The notes: a model not told the origin generated them from the letters alone. A DNA stretch of 32,000 bases from Methylomicrobium lacus LW14 (GCF_000527095.1 NZ_AZUN01000001.1:632936-664935), one strand, 5' to 3'; positions 1-11,200 are shown, counted from the first letter of the stretch. Translations and numbers: made by a program.

Positions 1-115
1 GAAAGGTGACCTAATTCAAGTCTTGGCCGTTTTTCATCACGTAAGGAAATGGCCTGATGAGCATTTCTGAATAGAACTGAAAAAATTATGGTAATCGTAT
101 AAGGATTTGAAGTTG

Positions 116-1063
116 ATGGAGCAATTAACAGACTTAAAAGCAATCTTACACTCCAAACGTGCCAACATTTATTACCTGGAAAAATGCCGGGTGATGCAAA
201 AAGATGGCCGCGTACTCTACCTGACAGAGTCCAAGGACGAGAATCTCTACTGGAACATCCCCATAGCCAATACCACGGTCATCCTGCTCGGCACCGGCAC
301 CTCCATCACCCAAGCGGCGATGCGCATGCTGGCCAGCGCCGGCGTACTGGTCGGCTTTTGCGGAGGCGGCGGCACGCCGTTGTTCTCCGGCTGCGAAATC
401 GAATGGCTAACGCCGCAAAGCGAATACCGGCCCACCGAATATATCCAGGGCTGGCTTAAATTCTGGTTCGACGACGCCCAACGCCTGGCTGTCGGCAAAG
501 CCTTTCAACAAGCCCGCATTGAATACATCCGGCGCGTCTGGGACAAAGACCGAGAACTCAAAGCGGAGAATATCTTCATCGACGATAGCGCCATCGCTAA
601 CGCCTTGGACAGTTATGCCAACAACATCGAAAGCGCCGAAAAAGTCGGCGATCTGCTGCAACGCGAAGCCCTGCTGGCCAAACAACTCTACCGCTACGCC
701 GCCAAAACCACCCAGCAAAGCGAGTTTACCCGCGACCATCAAGCCACCGATCTTGCCAACGGCTTTTTGAATCACGGCAACTACCTGGCCTATGGCCTGG
801 CCGCCACCACGCTGTGGGTGCTGGGTATCCCGCACGGCTTTGCGGTCATGCACGGCAAAACCCGGCGCGGTGCCCTGGTGTTCGATGTCGCCGACCTGGT
901 CAAAGATGCCATCATCCTGCCCTGGGCGTTTATCAGCGCCAAGGAAAAGACCAGCGAACAGGAGTTTCGCCAGCAATGCCTGCAAAAGTTCACCGAACAC
1001 AAGGCGCTGGATTTCATGTTCGAGCAAGTTAAACAACAAGCGCTGCGGGAAACCCAACCATGA
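116..1063 (+). CDS. cas1f: Type I-F CRISPR-associated endonuclease Cas1
   Basis: The ORF 107..1063 translates to a Cas1 I-F-like sequence (ILHSKRANIYYLEKCRV..., C-terminal HGKTRRGALVFDVADLVKDA metal-site region). I prefer the ATG at 116, which has AAGGA about 11 nt upstream; the track's start at 107 is a TTG. Its stop overlaps the cas2-3 start (ATGATG). Confidence 0.93.
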   Translation: MEQLTDLKAILHSKRANIYYLEKCRVMQKDGRVLYLTESKDENLYWNIPIANTTVILLGTGTSITQAAMRMLASAGVLVGFCGGGGTPLFSGCEIEWLTPQSEYRPTEYIQGWLKFWFDDAQRLAVGKAFQQARIEYIRRVWDKDRELKAENIFIDDSAIANALDSYANNIESAEKVGDLLQREALLAKQLYRYAAKTTQQSEFTRDHQATDLANGFLNHGNYLAYGLAATTLWVLGIPHGFAVMHGKTRRGALVFDVADLVKDAIILPWAFISAKEKTSEQEFRQQCLQKFTEHKALDFMFEQVKQQALRETQP

Positions 1064-4000
1064 TGGTGACCTTCGTCAGCCAATGCCAGAAAAAAGCCCT
1101 AAACCGCACCCGCCGCGTACTCGACGCCTTCGCCAACCGCATCGGCGACAACACTTGGCAAACCGTGATTACCGAAGACGGCCTGATCGCCGTCAAAACC
1201 CTGCTACGTAAGACCGCGACCAAAAATACCGCCGTGGCCTGTCATTGGATACGGTCAAGGAGCAGGAGTGAGTTGGTTTGGATTGTGGGGAATCGGAGGC
1301 GGTTTAATGCCGAAGGGATAGTGCCGGTGAATAGCACCCAGAAAAACTTGATGAATAGCCAATGGGAGAATGATTGGCAATATTTGCCTGCTATCAAAGC
1401 CTTGGTGGCGATTGCGGCATTGCTGCATGATTGGGGCAAAGCTACGGCACTCTTTCAAAGCAAGCTTAAAGCCTCTACCAAACTGGGTGATCCATTACGC
1501 CATGAATGGATTTCCTGTTTGCTATTAAACGCTCTGGTTCAACATGCCGGAGACACGGATGAAGGCTGGTTGCAGTTATTGGCTGGCGGAGAACTCAACG
1601 AGCAAGCACTAAAACAAGTTGTTATTGGTAACAACCCCAAGCCATTAGACGCTTTACCTCCTATTGCTCAGCTGGTGGGTTGGCTTATTCTGACCCACCA
1701 CCGTTTGCCTTATCGGGATAATCCAAAGGAGGACGCAGGACAAACTAGAGAAAGCCGGCAAAGAATGCTGAAAAGCATCACTTCGGCTTGGAATTATCAA
1801 AATAAAAACGATGATGAAAAAAGACTAAAAGCCTGTTTCGAGTTTCCCGAAGGCCTACTTAGCCAGTCAACGCCATGGCTCAAGCAACTCAAAAAATGGT
1901 CGACTAAATTACTGCAAACCCAGCCGCAAATCCAGCAGCTATTGGATAACGGCGCTTACCGACTGCTGCTGCATCATGCCCGACTCAGCCTGATGCTGGG
2001 CGATCATTACTATTCCTCTTGCGATGCCGATAAGAGCTGGAAAAGCGAGATTTCGCTCTTCGCTAACACCGACAAGCAACACAATCTCAAGCAAAAGCTG
2101 GATGAGCATTTGGTTCATGTCAGCGATCATGCCTTACATATCAGCCAAACACTGTCGCGGTTCACTACCGATATGGCTGCGGCTTACGACATAAAAAATC
2201 TAAAACAGAAAAGCCCAAAAGGCTACGAATGGCAAGACAAAGCCGTCGAAAAAATCACCGGCTTTAAAAACGAGCAGCAGGCATTCAACGATAAAGGCTA
2301 TGGTTGGTTTGTGGTCAATATGGCCAGCACCGGATGCGGAAAAACCGTTGCCAACGCCAAAATCATGAGGGCGTTATCCAGCGATGGTGAAAGTTTACGC
2401 TTTATCTTGGCGTTGGGCTTGCGTACCTTGACCTTGCAAACTGGAGATGAATACCGTGATCGTATCGGCCTGAAAAGCGACGAACTGGCGGTTTTAATCG
2501 GTTCGTCAGCCGTTAAGGAGTTGCACGAAAAAGCCAGGCAGCAACACGAAGAGCTGCCGACCTATGAAGAATCCGGCTCCGAGTCGATGGAAACATTGTT
2601 GGAAGAAGATTTGGATTACGCCGAGGCTCCCACCGCCGAATTTTTGGATGCGGTGATTCCGAAACATAACCCCAAACTGGCCGAGAAAAACAAAGCCTTT
2701 CTGTACAAGCCGGTTTTAGCTTGCACCATAGACCATATCATTGCGGCAACAGAAACCATCCGCGGAGGCAAATACATTTTGCCCTGTTTGCGCTTGCTGT
2801 CTTCCGACTTGGTGATTGATGAAGTCGATGATTTTGACGGCAAGGATTTAATCGCCATTGGCCGCTTGATTCATCTGGCCGGCATGTTGGGGCGCAAAGT
2901 GATGATTTCATCTGCCACAATTCCGCCGGCATTAGCCGAAGGTTTTTTCAACGCCTACCAGGCAGGCTGGACACTACACAGCCATTTTAAGGAAGCTCAT
3001 CCCCATATCGCCTGTGCCTGGGTCGATGAATTTGGTACCGAGGTTCACAGCCTGGAGAAAAACGACGCAATAACACGCTGCCAAAGCTATCGGGAGCTTC
3101 ATCGACAATTCATCGGACAGAGGGTAGCCAATTTACAAAAACAATCCGTCAAGCGCAAAGCCTACATCGTCCGTTGCGACGATTTGTTAGCAGAGAAAAC
3201 CGATCAAGCCTCTCTACAACTGCACTATTTTGAAAAGATAAAACAAACGGCTATCGAGCTACACCAACAACACTATACGGTTGACGAAAAAACCGGCAAG
3301 CAGGTGTCGTTCGGCGTCATACGCATGGCCAATATCCCGCCCTGCATCCAACTAAGCCATTTTTTACTTCAGGCCGACTGGGACGAGGCGATTGCGCCCA
3401 AAATCATGGCTTACCACAGTCGTCAAGTGCTGCTGTTGCGTCATCAGCAAGAACAACATTTGGATGCGGTGCTAAAGCGCAAAGAACAACCTGGCGTAAT
3501 GCCGGCTGCATTCAACAATCCGGTGATTCGAGAGCATCTTGCCACAACGGCAGCCCAGCATGTGCTATTCATCCTGATAGCAACGCCGGTCGAAGAAGTA
3601 GGGCGAGACCATGATTTTGATTGGGCAGTTATCGAGCCGTCCTCCTATCGTTCGATTATCCAGCTTGCAGGTCGGGTACGCCGTCACCGGCAAACCGGCG
3701 TCGAGCGGCACAATATCGCGATCATGCAATATAACCTGAGAGCGTTACGTCACGAAGGCAAGCCGGCTTATTGCCGTCCAGGCTATGAAGTTAATAGCTT
3801 AAGGCTGGTTTCGCACGATTTGCGTCAGTTGGTCGATGAGGCGGCGTTAAACGCCGCTATCAACGCCATTCCACGGATACAGCAACCCGAAAACCTACGG
3901 CCCAAACAGCAATTGGCAGACCTGGAGCATCAGGCCATGCATATCAGCCTGACCCAATACCAAGGCAAGGGCCCGCAAGGTTTACAAGCATGGCTAAGTG

Positions 4001-4383
4001 AATGTTGGTGGCTAACGGCTGTGCCGCAACAGTTAAACCGTTTCCGTGAAAGCAATCCCGATATAACGCTGTATTTGGTTTGGCAGGATGGCAAGGCGGT
4101 ATTTTGTGAAAAAAACGAGAGAGGCGCGTTTATTCCGCGCGAGCAGATCAACAACATTCAGCTGGCAGAGCCAATCGCAGAGGCGTTGCGCCGCAAGTTA
4201 TGGCTGGAAAGAAGCTATGAAGCCGGCCTTCGTCAGCTACTGGATAACGGTAACGAAGAAATTCAAGAGGAGAAAATGATGGAAATAAAATCAAGGCGAT
4301 TTGGCGAAATCACTGTGCCTGACCGAGAAAGTCAATCACTGGTTTATTCGGATCAGTTTGGGCTATTTAACCGAATCGCATAA
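1060..4383 (+). CDS. cas3f: Type I-F Cas2-Cas3 fusion (Cas2 domain, HD nuclease, SF2 helicase)
   Basis: 1107 aa. The N-terminal ~90 aa are Cas2-like. The HD motif is LHDWGKA and THHRLP, Walker A is ASTGCGKT, and the DEAD-like box is VIDEVDD. Size and position after cas1 are typical of type I-F. Confidence 0.95.
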   Translation: MMVTFVSQCQKKALNRTRRVLDAFANRIGDNTWQTVITEDGLIAVKTLLRKTATKNTAVACHWIRSRSRSELVWIVGNRRRFNAEGIVPVNSTQKNLMNSQWENDWQYLPAIKALVAIAALLHDWGKATALFQSKLKASTKLGDPLRHEWISCLLLNALVQHAGDTDEGWLQLLAGGELNEQALKQVVIGNNPKPLDALPPIAQLVGWLILTHHRLPYRDNPKEDAGQTRESRQRMLKSITSAWNYQNKNDDEKRLKACFEFPEGLLSQSTPWLKQLKKWSTKLLQTQPQIQQLLDNGAYRLLLHHARLSLMLGDHYYSSCDADKSWKSEISLFANTDKQHNLKQKLDEHLVHVSDHALHISQTLSRFTTDMAAAYDIKNLKQKSPKGYEWQDKAVEKITGFKNEQQAFNDKGYGWFVVNMASTGCGKTVANAKIMRALSSDGESLRFILALGLRTLTLQTGDEYRDRIGLKSDELAVLIGSSAVKELHEKARQQHEELPTYEESGSESMETLLEEDLDYAEAPTAEFLDAVIPKHNPKLAEKNKAFLYKPVLACTIDHIIAATETIRGGKYILPCLRLLSSDLVIDEVDDFDGKDLIAIGRLIHLAGMLGRKVMISSATIPPALAEGFFNAYQAGWTLHSHFKEAHPHIACAWVDEFGTEVHSLEKNDAITRCQSYRELHRQFIGQRVANLQKQSVKRKAYIVRCDDLLAEKTDQASLQLHYFEKIKQTAIELHQQHYTVDEKTGKQVSFGVIRMANIPPCIQLSHFLLQADWDEAIAPKIMAYHSRQVLLLRHQQEQHLDAVLKRKEQPGVMPAAFNNPVIREHLATTAAQHVLFILIATPVEEVGRDHDFDWAVIEPSSYRSIIQLAGRVRRHRQTGVERHNIAIMQYNLRALRHEGKPAYCRPGYEVNSLRLVSHDLRQLVDEAALNAAINAIPRIQQPENLRPKQQLADLEHQAMHISLTQYQGKGPQGLQAWLSECWWLTAVPQQLNRFRESNPDITLYLVWQDGKAVFCEKNERGAFIPREQINNIQLAEPIAEALRRKLWLERSYEAGLRQLLDNGNEEIQEEKMMEIKSRRFGEITVPDRESQSLVYSDQFGLFNRIA

Positions 4384-4406
4384 TCACTATATGGAAGACA
4401 TAGTTT

Positions 4407-5657
4407 ATGAATCAAAACATCTCTGATTTTTTCGCTGATCGAAAAGCAACTTGGCTCAAGGCCAAGTTAAAGCCATCCATAACTGCGGAAGAGCAAGCTC
4501 AACTCCAGCAAGAAGCGAAAGAAAAATTTGCCCTAGCCAATTGGCTGCCCGATGCGGCAAAGCGGGCTGGCCAGCTCACGATGGTCAGCCATCCCAGCAA
4601 ATTCAGCCATCCCAGCGCCAAAACCTCTTCGGTTATTGCCAAAAGCAGCCAAGCTGATGACGGGTATTTGCGTAGTGGCAATGTCGACTATGAATTAGAC
4701 GTTTTCGGCAATGCGGCGGCAATGGATGTGTATAAATTTCTCAGTTTATTATTGGATGACGGCAAAACTGTTTTAACGCACTTGGAGGAAGATAGTGCGG
4801 CGATCAAATCGATATTCACCTTGCCGACAGCAAGCTATGAAAGTTTAAAACTAGGTTTAACCAGTATTAAACAACTGGATGATTCGAATAAAACCGATCA
4901 TTTAGTCAAGCAGGTGTATTTCCCTGTAGGCGACGATTACCACCTGCTTTCGCTATTAACTCCTTCCGGCTTGCTAACCCAGGTTAAAAGCCGCATCGAT
5001 GCGATACGTTTTTCCGAACAAACCAAACAAGCTAAGGACTGCCGCAGAAAGAACGAATACGATGCGACGGGATACGATGACTTATTCGATTTGACAATTA
5101 CCGCATTCGGCGGCACGCAGCCGCAAAACGTCAGTGTGTTAAATAGCCAAAATGCAGGTCGAGCCTATTTGCTGACAAGCGCTCCACCAACAATCAAACA
5201 GCGTCAGATTCGTTTGCCTACCCGGAGTTTTTTCCGGAACAGTTTGGGTATCAGGCTGTTCAAGGATTATTTTCAGCCGTTAGATAAACTCATTAGAACC
5301 GGCGTAAACAACGTTCATGTCCGTGAAGGCATCCAGAATTGCCTTAAATACATCATCGACCAAGTTTTGCAACGCGCTTTTAGAGTGAGGGCATACGGCA
5401 CAGGTTGGTCATCCACAGAACACTACCAATCATTACCGCTTGCCCAGCGTATTTGGCTGGACGATGCCTATATAGGTCAGCGGGAAAACCAGGACGACTG
5501 GCTTGAAGATGTGGTCGGTAGTTTTACGCGCTGGATACTCGATACCTACGAATATCTTTTCAAAGAAACCTATATCAAACTGAGCGACCACGAGTTGCGC
5601 GAGATTAGGGGGATCGTGGAACAAGCCGTCGCCAGCGACCGGGAGTTTTTCAAATGA
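4407..5657 (+). CDS. csy1: Type I-F Cascade large subunit Csy1 (Cas8f)
   Basis: 416 aa ORF directly after cas2-3, in the canonical I-F order. Its stop overlaps the csy2 start (ATGA). Confidence 0.88.
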   Translation: MNQNISDFFADRKATWLKAKLKPSITAEEQAQLQQEAKEKFALANWLPDAAKRAGQLTMVSHPSKFSHPSAKTSSVIAKSSQADDGYLRSGNVDYELDVFGNAAAMDVYKFLSLLLDDGKTVLTHLEEDSAAIKSIFTLPTASYESLKLGLTSIKQLDDSNKTDHLVKQVYFPVGDDYHLLSLLTPSGLLTQVKSRIDAIRFSEQTKQAKDCRRKNEYDATGYDDLFDLTITAFGGTQPQNVSVLNSQNAGRAYLLTSAPPTIKQRQIRLPTRSFFRNSLGIRLFKDYFQPLDKLIRTGVNNVHVREGIQNCLKYIIDQVLQRAFRVRAYGTGWSSTEHYQSLPLAQRIWLDDAYIGQRENQDDWLEDVVGSFTRWILDTYEYLFKETYIKLSDHELREIRGIVEQAVASDREFFK

Positions 5658-6553
5658 GACGATTTTTATTACTGCCGCACATCAAAATCCACAACGCCAA
5701 CGCCATGAGCAGTCCCTACACCATCGGCTTTCCGGCCATGACCGCATGGCTTGGCGCGGTGCATGCGTTGCAGCGGCATTTGCATCAACACGGTTTGCGT
5801 GATGTCCAGCTTACCGGCGTGGCGGTGAGCTGCCATCAGTTCGATTTACAGACCTACAAAGGTTCAGGCGATTTTGTCCATTCCATCGTCGGTACTGCGA
5901 ATCCGCTAGATAAAGACGGCAGCCGGCCAGCGTTTATCGAAGAAGCCCGTTGCCACTTGGAAGTATCGCTGTTGGTCGAATACCAAGGGCTCGATAGCGA
6001 CGACTTGGACCAGTTTAATAACGAGGTCAATACCCAATTGCTGCGCATGAAATTCGCCGGGGGCGATGTGTTATCCGCTAAACCGGTTGAGACGCTTGCG
6101 GTCGATGAAGACAACGATCAAGACATCAAGAAAGTAATAACAAAGCTGATGTTAGGTCATGTGCTGATCGAGCGGCGCGATTTGATGATGCAAACCATGC
6201 AGGAGGAGGGCAAAGACGCATTGGACGCCTTGCTCGATCACCTGAAAGTCATGCACCGAGCCAGTCAGGATGATGATGGCAAGGTGACATGGACGAGTGC
6301 CCGCAAAACGACGGGTTGGTTGGTGCCGATTGCTACTGGATTTCAGGGCATTTCTGAGCTTGGAACCGCCAAGCATCAACGCGATACCCAAACGCCGCAC
6401 CGCTTTGCCGAAAGCGTGGTCACGCTTGGAGAATTTGTTATGCCTTACCGCATCAAGGCCTTGGACGACATGCTTTGGCAATACCGTGTCGACGCCGAAC
6501 AGAATTTGTACCTTTGCCAAACCCTTACAACCTCAAATATCCTCGGAGATTAA
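5654..6553 (+). CDS. csy2: Type I-F Csy2 (Cas5f)
   Basis: 299 aa, translationally coupled to csy1. Position and size are canonical for I-F. Confidence 0.88.
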   Translation: MRRFLLLPHIKIHNANAMSSPYTIGFPAMTAWLGAVHALQRHLHQHGLRDVQLTGVAVSCHQFDLQTYKGSGDFVHSIVGTANPLDKDGSRPAFIEEARCHLEVSLLVEYQGLDSDDLDQFNNEVNTQLLRMKFAGGDVLSAKPVETLAVDEDNDQDIKKVITKLMLGHVLIERRDLMMQTMQEEGKDALDALLDHLKVMHRASQDDDGKVTWTSARKTTGWLVPIATGFQGISELGTAKHQRDTQTPHRFAESVVTLGEFVMPYRIKALDDMLWQYRVDAEQNLYLCQTLTTSNILGD

Positions 6554-6556
6554 CAA

Positions 6557-7573
6557 ATGGCGATTAAAAACGATGCAACCGTATTGGCTTTCGAGAAAAA
6601 ATTAGTGCCTTCGGACGGTTACTTATACGGTACTAACTGGAATGAACGCAGCACATCCAATTCAATGCCCCTAAAACTGATTGAAAAATCGGTTCGCGGC
6701 ACGATTTCAAATCGCTTGAAACCGGCTGTCCAAAATGACCCGTTGAAACTAAACGCCGAAGTCGAAAAACCCAATCTGCAAAAAGTGGATGCGTGTGCCC
6801 TCGGTGAGGGTCAAGACACGCTGCGCCTTTCTTTCACGCTTAAAGTATTAGGCGGCGTCGATAAACCTTCTGCCAGCAACGGCCCCAATTTTAACGAATC
6901 CTATCCGAAAGTGGCGCAAGCGTATATCGAACAAGAAGGCTTTAACGAACTGGCAAAACGCTACGCCAGCAACATTGCCAATGGCCGCTATTTGTGGCGT
7001 AACCGCGTCGGGGCGGAAAAAATTGAAGTCATTGTGAATACCGGTGATGACACGCCCTTAACCTTCGATGCGAAACAATTTTCGTTACGTAACTTCGACT
7101 CTTCCAATCCGGAACTGCAAACCCTGACAAATAAAATCGCCGATGCCCTTAGCGGTAAATTAGCGTATTTGCTCATTACGGTGGATGCCTACGCCTTGGT
7201 CGGTAAAGCCCAAGAAGTCTATCCCAGCGAAGAATTGGTGTTGGATAAAGGCAAGGGCGACAAAAGCAAAATTTTGTATCACGTAAACGACGTTGCCGCC
7301 ATGCATTCGCAAAAAATCGGCAATGCCCTTCGTACCATCGACACCTGGTATCCCGATTTTGACGAAGCGGAAATTGGCCCAATTGCCATAGAGCCTTACG
7401 GTGCAGTGACCAATTTAGGAAAAGCCTTCCGCACCCCAAAAGAAAAAGCCGATTTTTACACGCTATTTGATCGTTTTGCCTTGGGTGAAAAACTGGCAGA
7501 CAAAAACCAGGAACACTACGTCATGGCGGTGTTAGTACGCGGCGGAGTATTCGGGCAAAGCGGCAAGGATTAG
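6557..7573 (+). CDS. csy3: Type I-F Csy3 (Cas7f) backbone subunit
   Basis: 338 aa, 3 nt after csy2. Size and position are typical of Cas7f. Confidence 0.9.
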   Translation: MAIKNDATVLAFEKKLVPSDGYLYGTNWNERSTSNSMPLKLIEKSVRGTISNRLKPAVQNDPLKLNAEVEKPNLQKVDACALGEGQDTLRLSFTLKVLGGVDKPSASNGPNFNESYPKVAQAYIEQEGFNELAKRYASNIANGRYLWRNRVGAEKIEVIVNTGDDTPLTFDAKQFSLRNFDSSNPELQTLTNKIADALSGKLAYLLITVDAYALVGKAQEVYPSEELVLDKGKGDKSKILYHVNDVAAMHSQKIGNALRTIDTWYPDFDEAEIGPIAIEPYGAVTNLGKAFRTPKEKADFYTLFDRFALGEKLADKNQEHYVMAVLVRGGVFGQSGKD

Positions 7574-7576
7574 GCT

Positions 7577-8161
7577 ATGCGCTTTTATTGTGAAATTACG
7601 TTACTGCCAAACCCCGAGGTCAATCTCAACTTCCTCTGGTCCAAAGTCTTCCAACAAATCCACTTGGGACTCGTGGAAATGCAGGATGACCGTAAGCAGG
7701 TGCCGATTGGGATTAGCTTTCCCGAATATGTGACAGGTGAAAAAAATAGCGCGCTGGGCGGCAAGTGCCGGCTGTTTGCTCAAGACGAAACCACGCTGGA
7801 TCGGTTTGACGCCGCAAAGTGGCTGGATCGGCTGAGCGATTACGTGCATTGCACGCGCATTCGCCCGGTGCCGGAGAAGCTTGCGGGTTACGCGATTTAC
7901 CAACGCCAGCAACCCAAAACCAACAAAGAGCGTTTGGCTCGACGTTATGCGGTTCGGCATAAGGTCAGCTACGACGAGGCTTTGCGGCACTATGGCGACA
8001 TGGCTCCGATTCGCATTCCCACGCCATTTATTCGTCTGAAAAGCTTGAGCAGCGAGCAAACCTTTTGTTTGTGGATTAAAAAAACCTTGGTCTCGGAATC
8101 CTCGGGAACCTGTTTCAGCAGTTACGGCCTAAGCGCCACGACTGCTGTCCCGGAATTTTGA
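7577..8161 (+). CDS. cas6f: Type I-F CRISPR endoribonuclease Cas6f (Csy4)
   Basis: 194 aa with a His at residue 29 (QQIH29LG), as in the Csy4 catalytic site. It is the last cas gene, immediately upstream of an array with a Csy4-type stem-loop repeat. Confidence 0.9.
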   Translation: MRFYCEITLLPNPEVNLNFLWSKVFQQIHLGLVEMQDDRKQVPIGISFPEYVTGEKNSALGGKCRLFAQDETTLDRFDAAKWLDRLSDYVHCTRIRPVPEKLAGYAIYQRQQPKTNKERLARRYAVRHKVSYDEALRHYGDMAPIRIPTPFIRLKSLSSEQTFCLWIKKTLVSESSGTCFSSYGLSATTAVPEF

Positions 8162-8292
8162 CCCAATTTTTTGCGTTCTTTAAAAATGTGATAAAAGTCA
8201 GTCAGTTGCGTGATGCAGTTTTCGGGATGGGTAAATCGGGTTAAATCTTCTTAAAACCGCTACGCAACTGGCTTCGAAGTTTTTTATAATCA
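8162..8292 (+). promoter_or_regulatory. CRISPR leader (AT-rich, TATAAT-like box just upstream of repeat 1)
   Basis: This 131-nt AT-rich non-coding stretch lies between the cas6f stop and the first repeat and ends in ttttttataatca. The repeat orientation (GTTC...CTTAGAAA) puts transcription on the + strand, so this is the leader-proximal end. Confidence 0.6.
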
Positions 8293-11200
8293 GTTCGCTG
8301 CCGCGCAGGCAGCTTAGAAACCATCACACCAAAGAGCAAAAAACCGCTGGTTGTTCGCTGCCGCGCAGGCAGCTTAGAAATCCAGAATGTTGCGTCTGAA
8401 ACGCCCATTGTTTGTTCGCTGCCGCGCAGGCAGCTTAGAAAACTATCGTAGAGAGTTAATGTCGCGTCACGGAGTTCGCTGCCGCGCAGGCAGCTTAGAA
8501 ACCTTGGTTCTTCACGATTTCGACGGTATAGCCGTTCGCTGCCGCGCAGGCAGCTTAGAAATTACACGGTTTCAGTTCTTCATTCGGAATTTAGTTCGCT
8601 GCCGCGCAGGCAGCTTAGAAAAACCGGGCGTTGAATATGCCAATTTACCATTTGTTCGCTGCCGCGCAGGCAGCTTAGAAAATACTAAAGTGTGAGTGTT
8701 ACTTGCACTTCTCGTTCGCTGCCGCGCAGGCAGCTTAGAAAATTGCCGCCGCTATCAGTACCTCAGCCGGATCGTTCGCTGCCGCGCAGGCAGCTTAGAA
8801 ATTCTAGCTGTTTTCATCACAACCTTATCCACAGTTCGCTGCCGCGCAGGCAGCTTAGAAAGCCAACAGATGTATTTTTATTGCAGTCAGGAAGTTCGCT
8901 GCCGCGCAGGCAGCTTAGAAAATCAGCATGAAGGGTTCGGCGTCGGGTTTCGCGTTCGCTGCCGCGCAGGCAGCTTAGAAAATCAGCGGCGAACCGAGGC
9001 GGGCCGGGTGGTTGTTCGCTGCCGCGCAGGCAGCTTAGAAAACAAGCTAAAAATAGATTGGAATAGCGAATCGGTTCGCTGCCGCGCAGGCAGCTTAGAA
9101 AATTGGGGCCAATTGTTTGGTGTAAAACGTTGAGTTCGCTGCCGCGCAGGCAGCTTAGAAAGACTATCTGTTTAATGGTTGCCATCGAAAATTGTTCGCT
9201 GCCGCGCAGGCAGCTTAGAAATTTCCGAGCTGCTGCGCAATCTGCCGGTCGAGGTTCGCTGCCGCGCAGGCAGCTTAGAAATGTTTGTTGCCAGACGGCG
9301 TATTTGTCGTTGCGTTCGCTGCCGCGCAGGCAGCTTAGAAATACCAAAGCAGCGCGCATTACCAGCTCTATCGGTTCGCTGCCGCGCAGGCAGCTTAGAA
9401 AAATCCACTGCCACCGGCAAGCACACGGCCAGCGTTCGCTGCCGCGCAGGCAGCTTAGAAAGGATCGAGGCGATGCCTGCCGCCGGCGACATCGTTCGCT
9501 GCCGCGCAGGCAGCTTAGAAAACATAAAATAGAAGCGAGACTCGCCCATATTAGTTCGCTGCCGCGCAGGCAGCTTAGAAAATTATGACAGATAAAGCCG
9601 AATCCGTTGCTTTGTTCGCTGCCGCGCAGGCAGCTTAGAAAATGTAGTCGGCCAGGCTAAACGGTTTGTCGATGTTCGCTGCCGCGCAGGCAGCTTAGAA
9701 ATGGATCAATTCGTGCGGCTCGCGGTTGAATTCGTTCGCTGCCGCGCAGGCAGCTTAGAAATGGAAGCCGCCGCGTACCGCATTACGGACAACGTTCGCT
9801 GCCGCGCAGGCAGCTTAGAAAACAGTCTGAGCGTTAACCTCGACAATCTCTGGGTTCGCTGCCGCGCAGGCAGCTTAGAAAACATCACGGATAAACGGCA
9901 CCGTTTTGCCGACGTTCGCTGCCGCGCAGGCAGCTTAGAAAATCCTTCAGCGTCGGGTGACGCAAATTCATCGGTTCGCTGCCGCGCAGGCAGCTTAGAA
10001 AATTATAAAATGTGGTGCCAGCAGGACACGCACGTTCGCTGCCGCGCAGGCAGCTTAGAAAGCCACGAGCATCTTTGCAGGCAGAATGAGCTAGTTCGCT
10101 GCCGCGCAGGCAGCTTAGAAATAAGCGCGTTTCTCAATCAGGCTTGGTCTTCTCGTTCGCTGCCGCGCAGGCAGCTTAGAAAGCAACAGAATCGAGATAC
10201 GACTGATTATTTGAGTTCGCTGCCGCGCAGGCAGCTTAGAAATGATGGTGGTTTATTAAATCTTGGTTGTTCCTGTTCGCTGCCGCGCAGGCAGCTTAGA
10301 AAATTATAAAATGTGGTGCCAGCAGGACACGCACGTTCGCTGCCGCGCAGGCAGCTTAGAAAGCCACGAGCATCTTTGCAGGCAGAATGAGCTAGTTCGC
10401 TGCCGCGCAGGCAGCTTAGAAATAAGCGCGTTTCTCAATCAGGCTTGGTCTTCTCGTTCGCTGCCGCGCAGGCAGCTTAGAAATGATGGTGGTTTATTAA
10501 ATCTTGGTTGTTCCTGTTCGCTGCCGCGCAGGCAGCTTAGAAAATCGCGTAAATTTCCGAGGTCGGGAAGTGGAAGTTCGCTGCCGCGCAGGCAGCTTAG
10601 AAAAGCAGATCATAAATATTGACGCCATCGCTCCAGTTCGCTGCCGCGCAGGCAGCTTAGAAATTGATGAAATCCACTTCGGCCAGCGGATTTTCGTTCG
10701 CTGCCGCGCAGGCAGCTTAGAAAAAAGAAAAACAAAATACCCCGCATACGACCAAGTTCGCTGCCGCGCAGGCAGCTTAGAAATTTCCGAGCGTATTGCT
10801 AGCGTATCCGAAGGAGTTCGCTGCCGCGCAGGCAGCTTAGAAAACCAGCTCACCACGGTAAGGATTGAAGCGCCCGTTCGCTGCCGCGCAGGCAGCTTAG
10901 AAATATGCCTAGCGCCGTTAATACTCTGGCAGCAAGTTCGCTGCCGCGCAGGCAGCTTAGAAAACAGTAGAGAAGACCATGCTTAACAGAATGATGTTCG
11001 CTGCCGCGCAGGCAGCTTAGAAAATTCCCGGCAGAGTCGGTCAGCGACATTGTATGTTCGCTGCCGCGCAGGCAGCTTAGAAATGGATCGGATCATCCAG
11101 CGAAAACGTGCTCGGGTTCGCTGCCGCGCAGGCAGCTTAGAAACTGTTTACAATGTGCGGGCCGTGCCGCTGGAAGTTCGCTGCCGCGCAGGCAGCTTAG

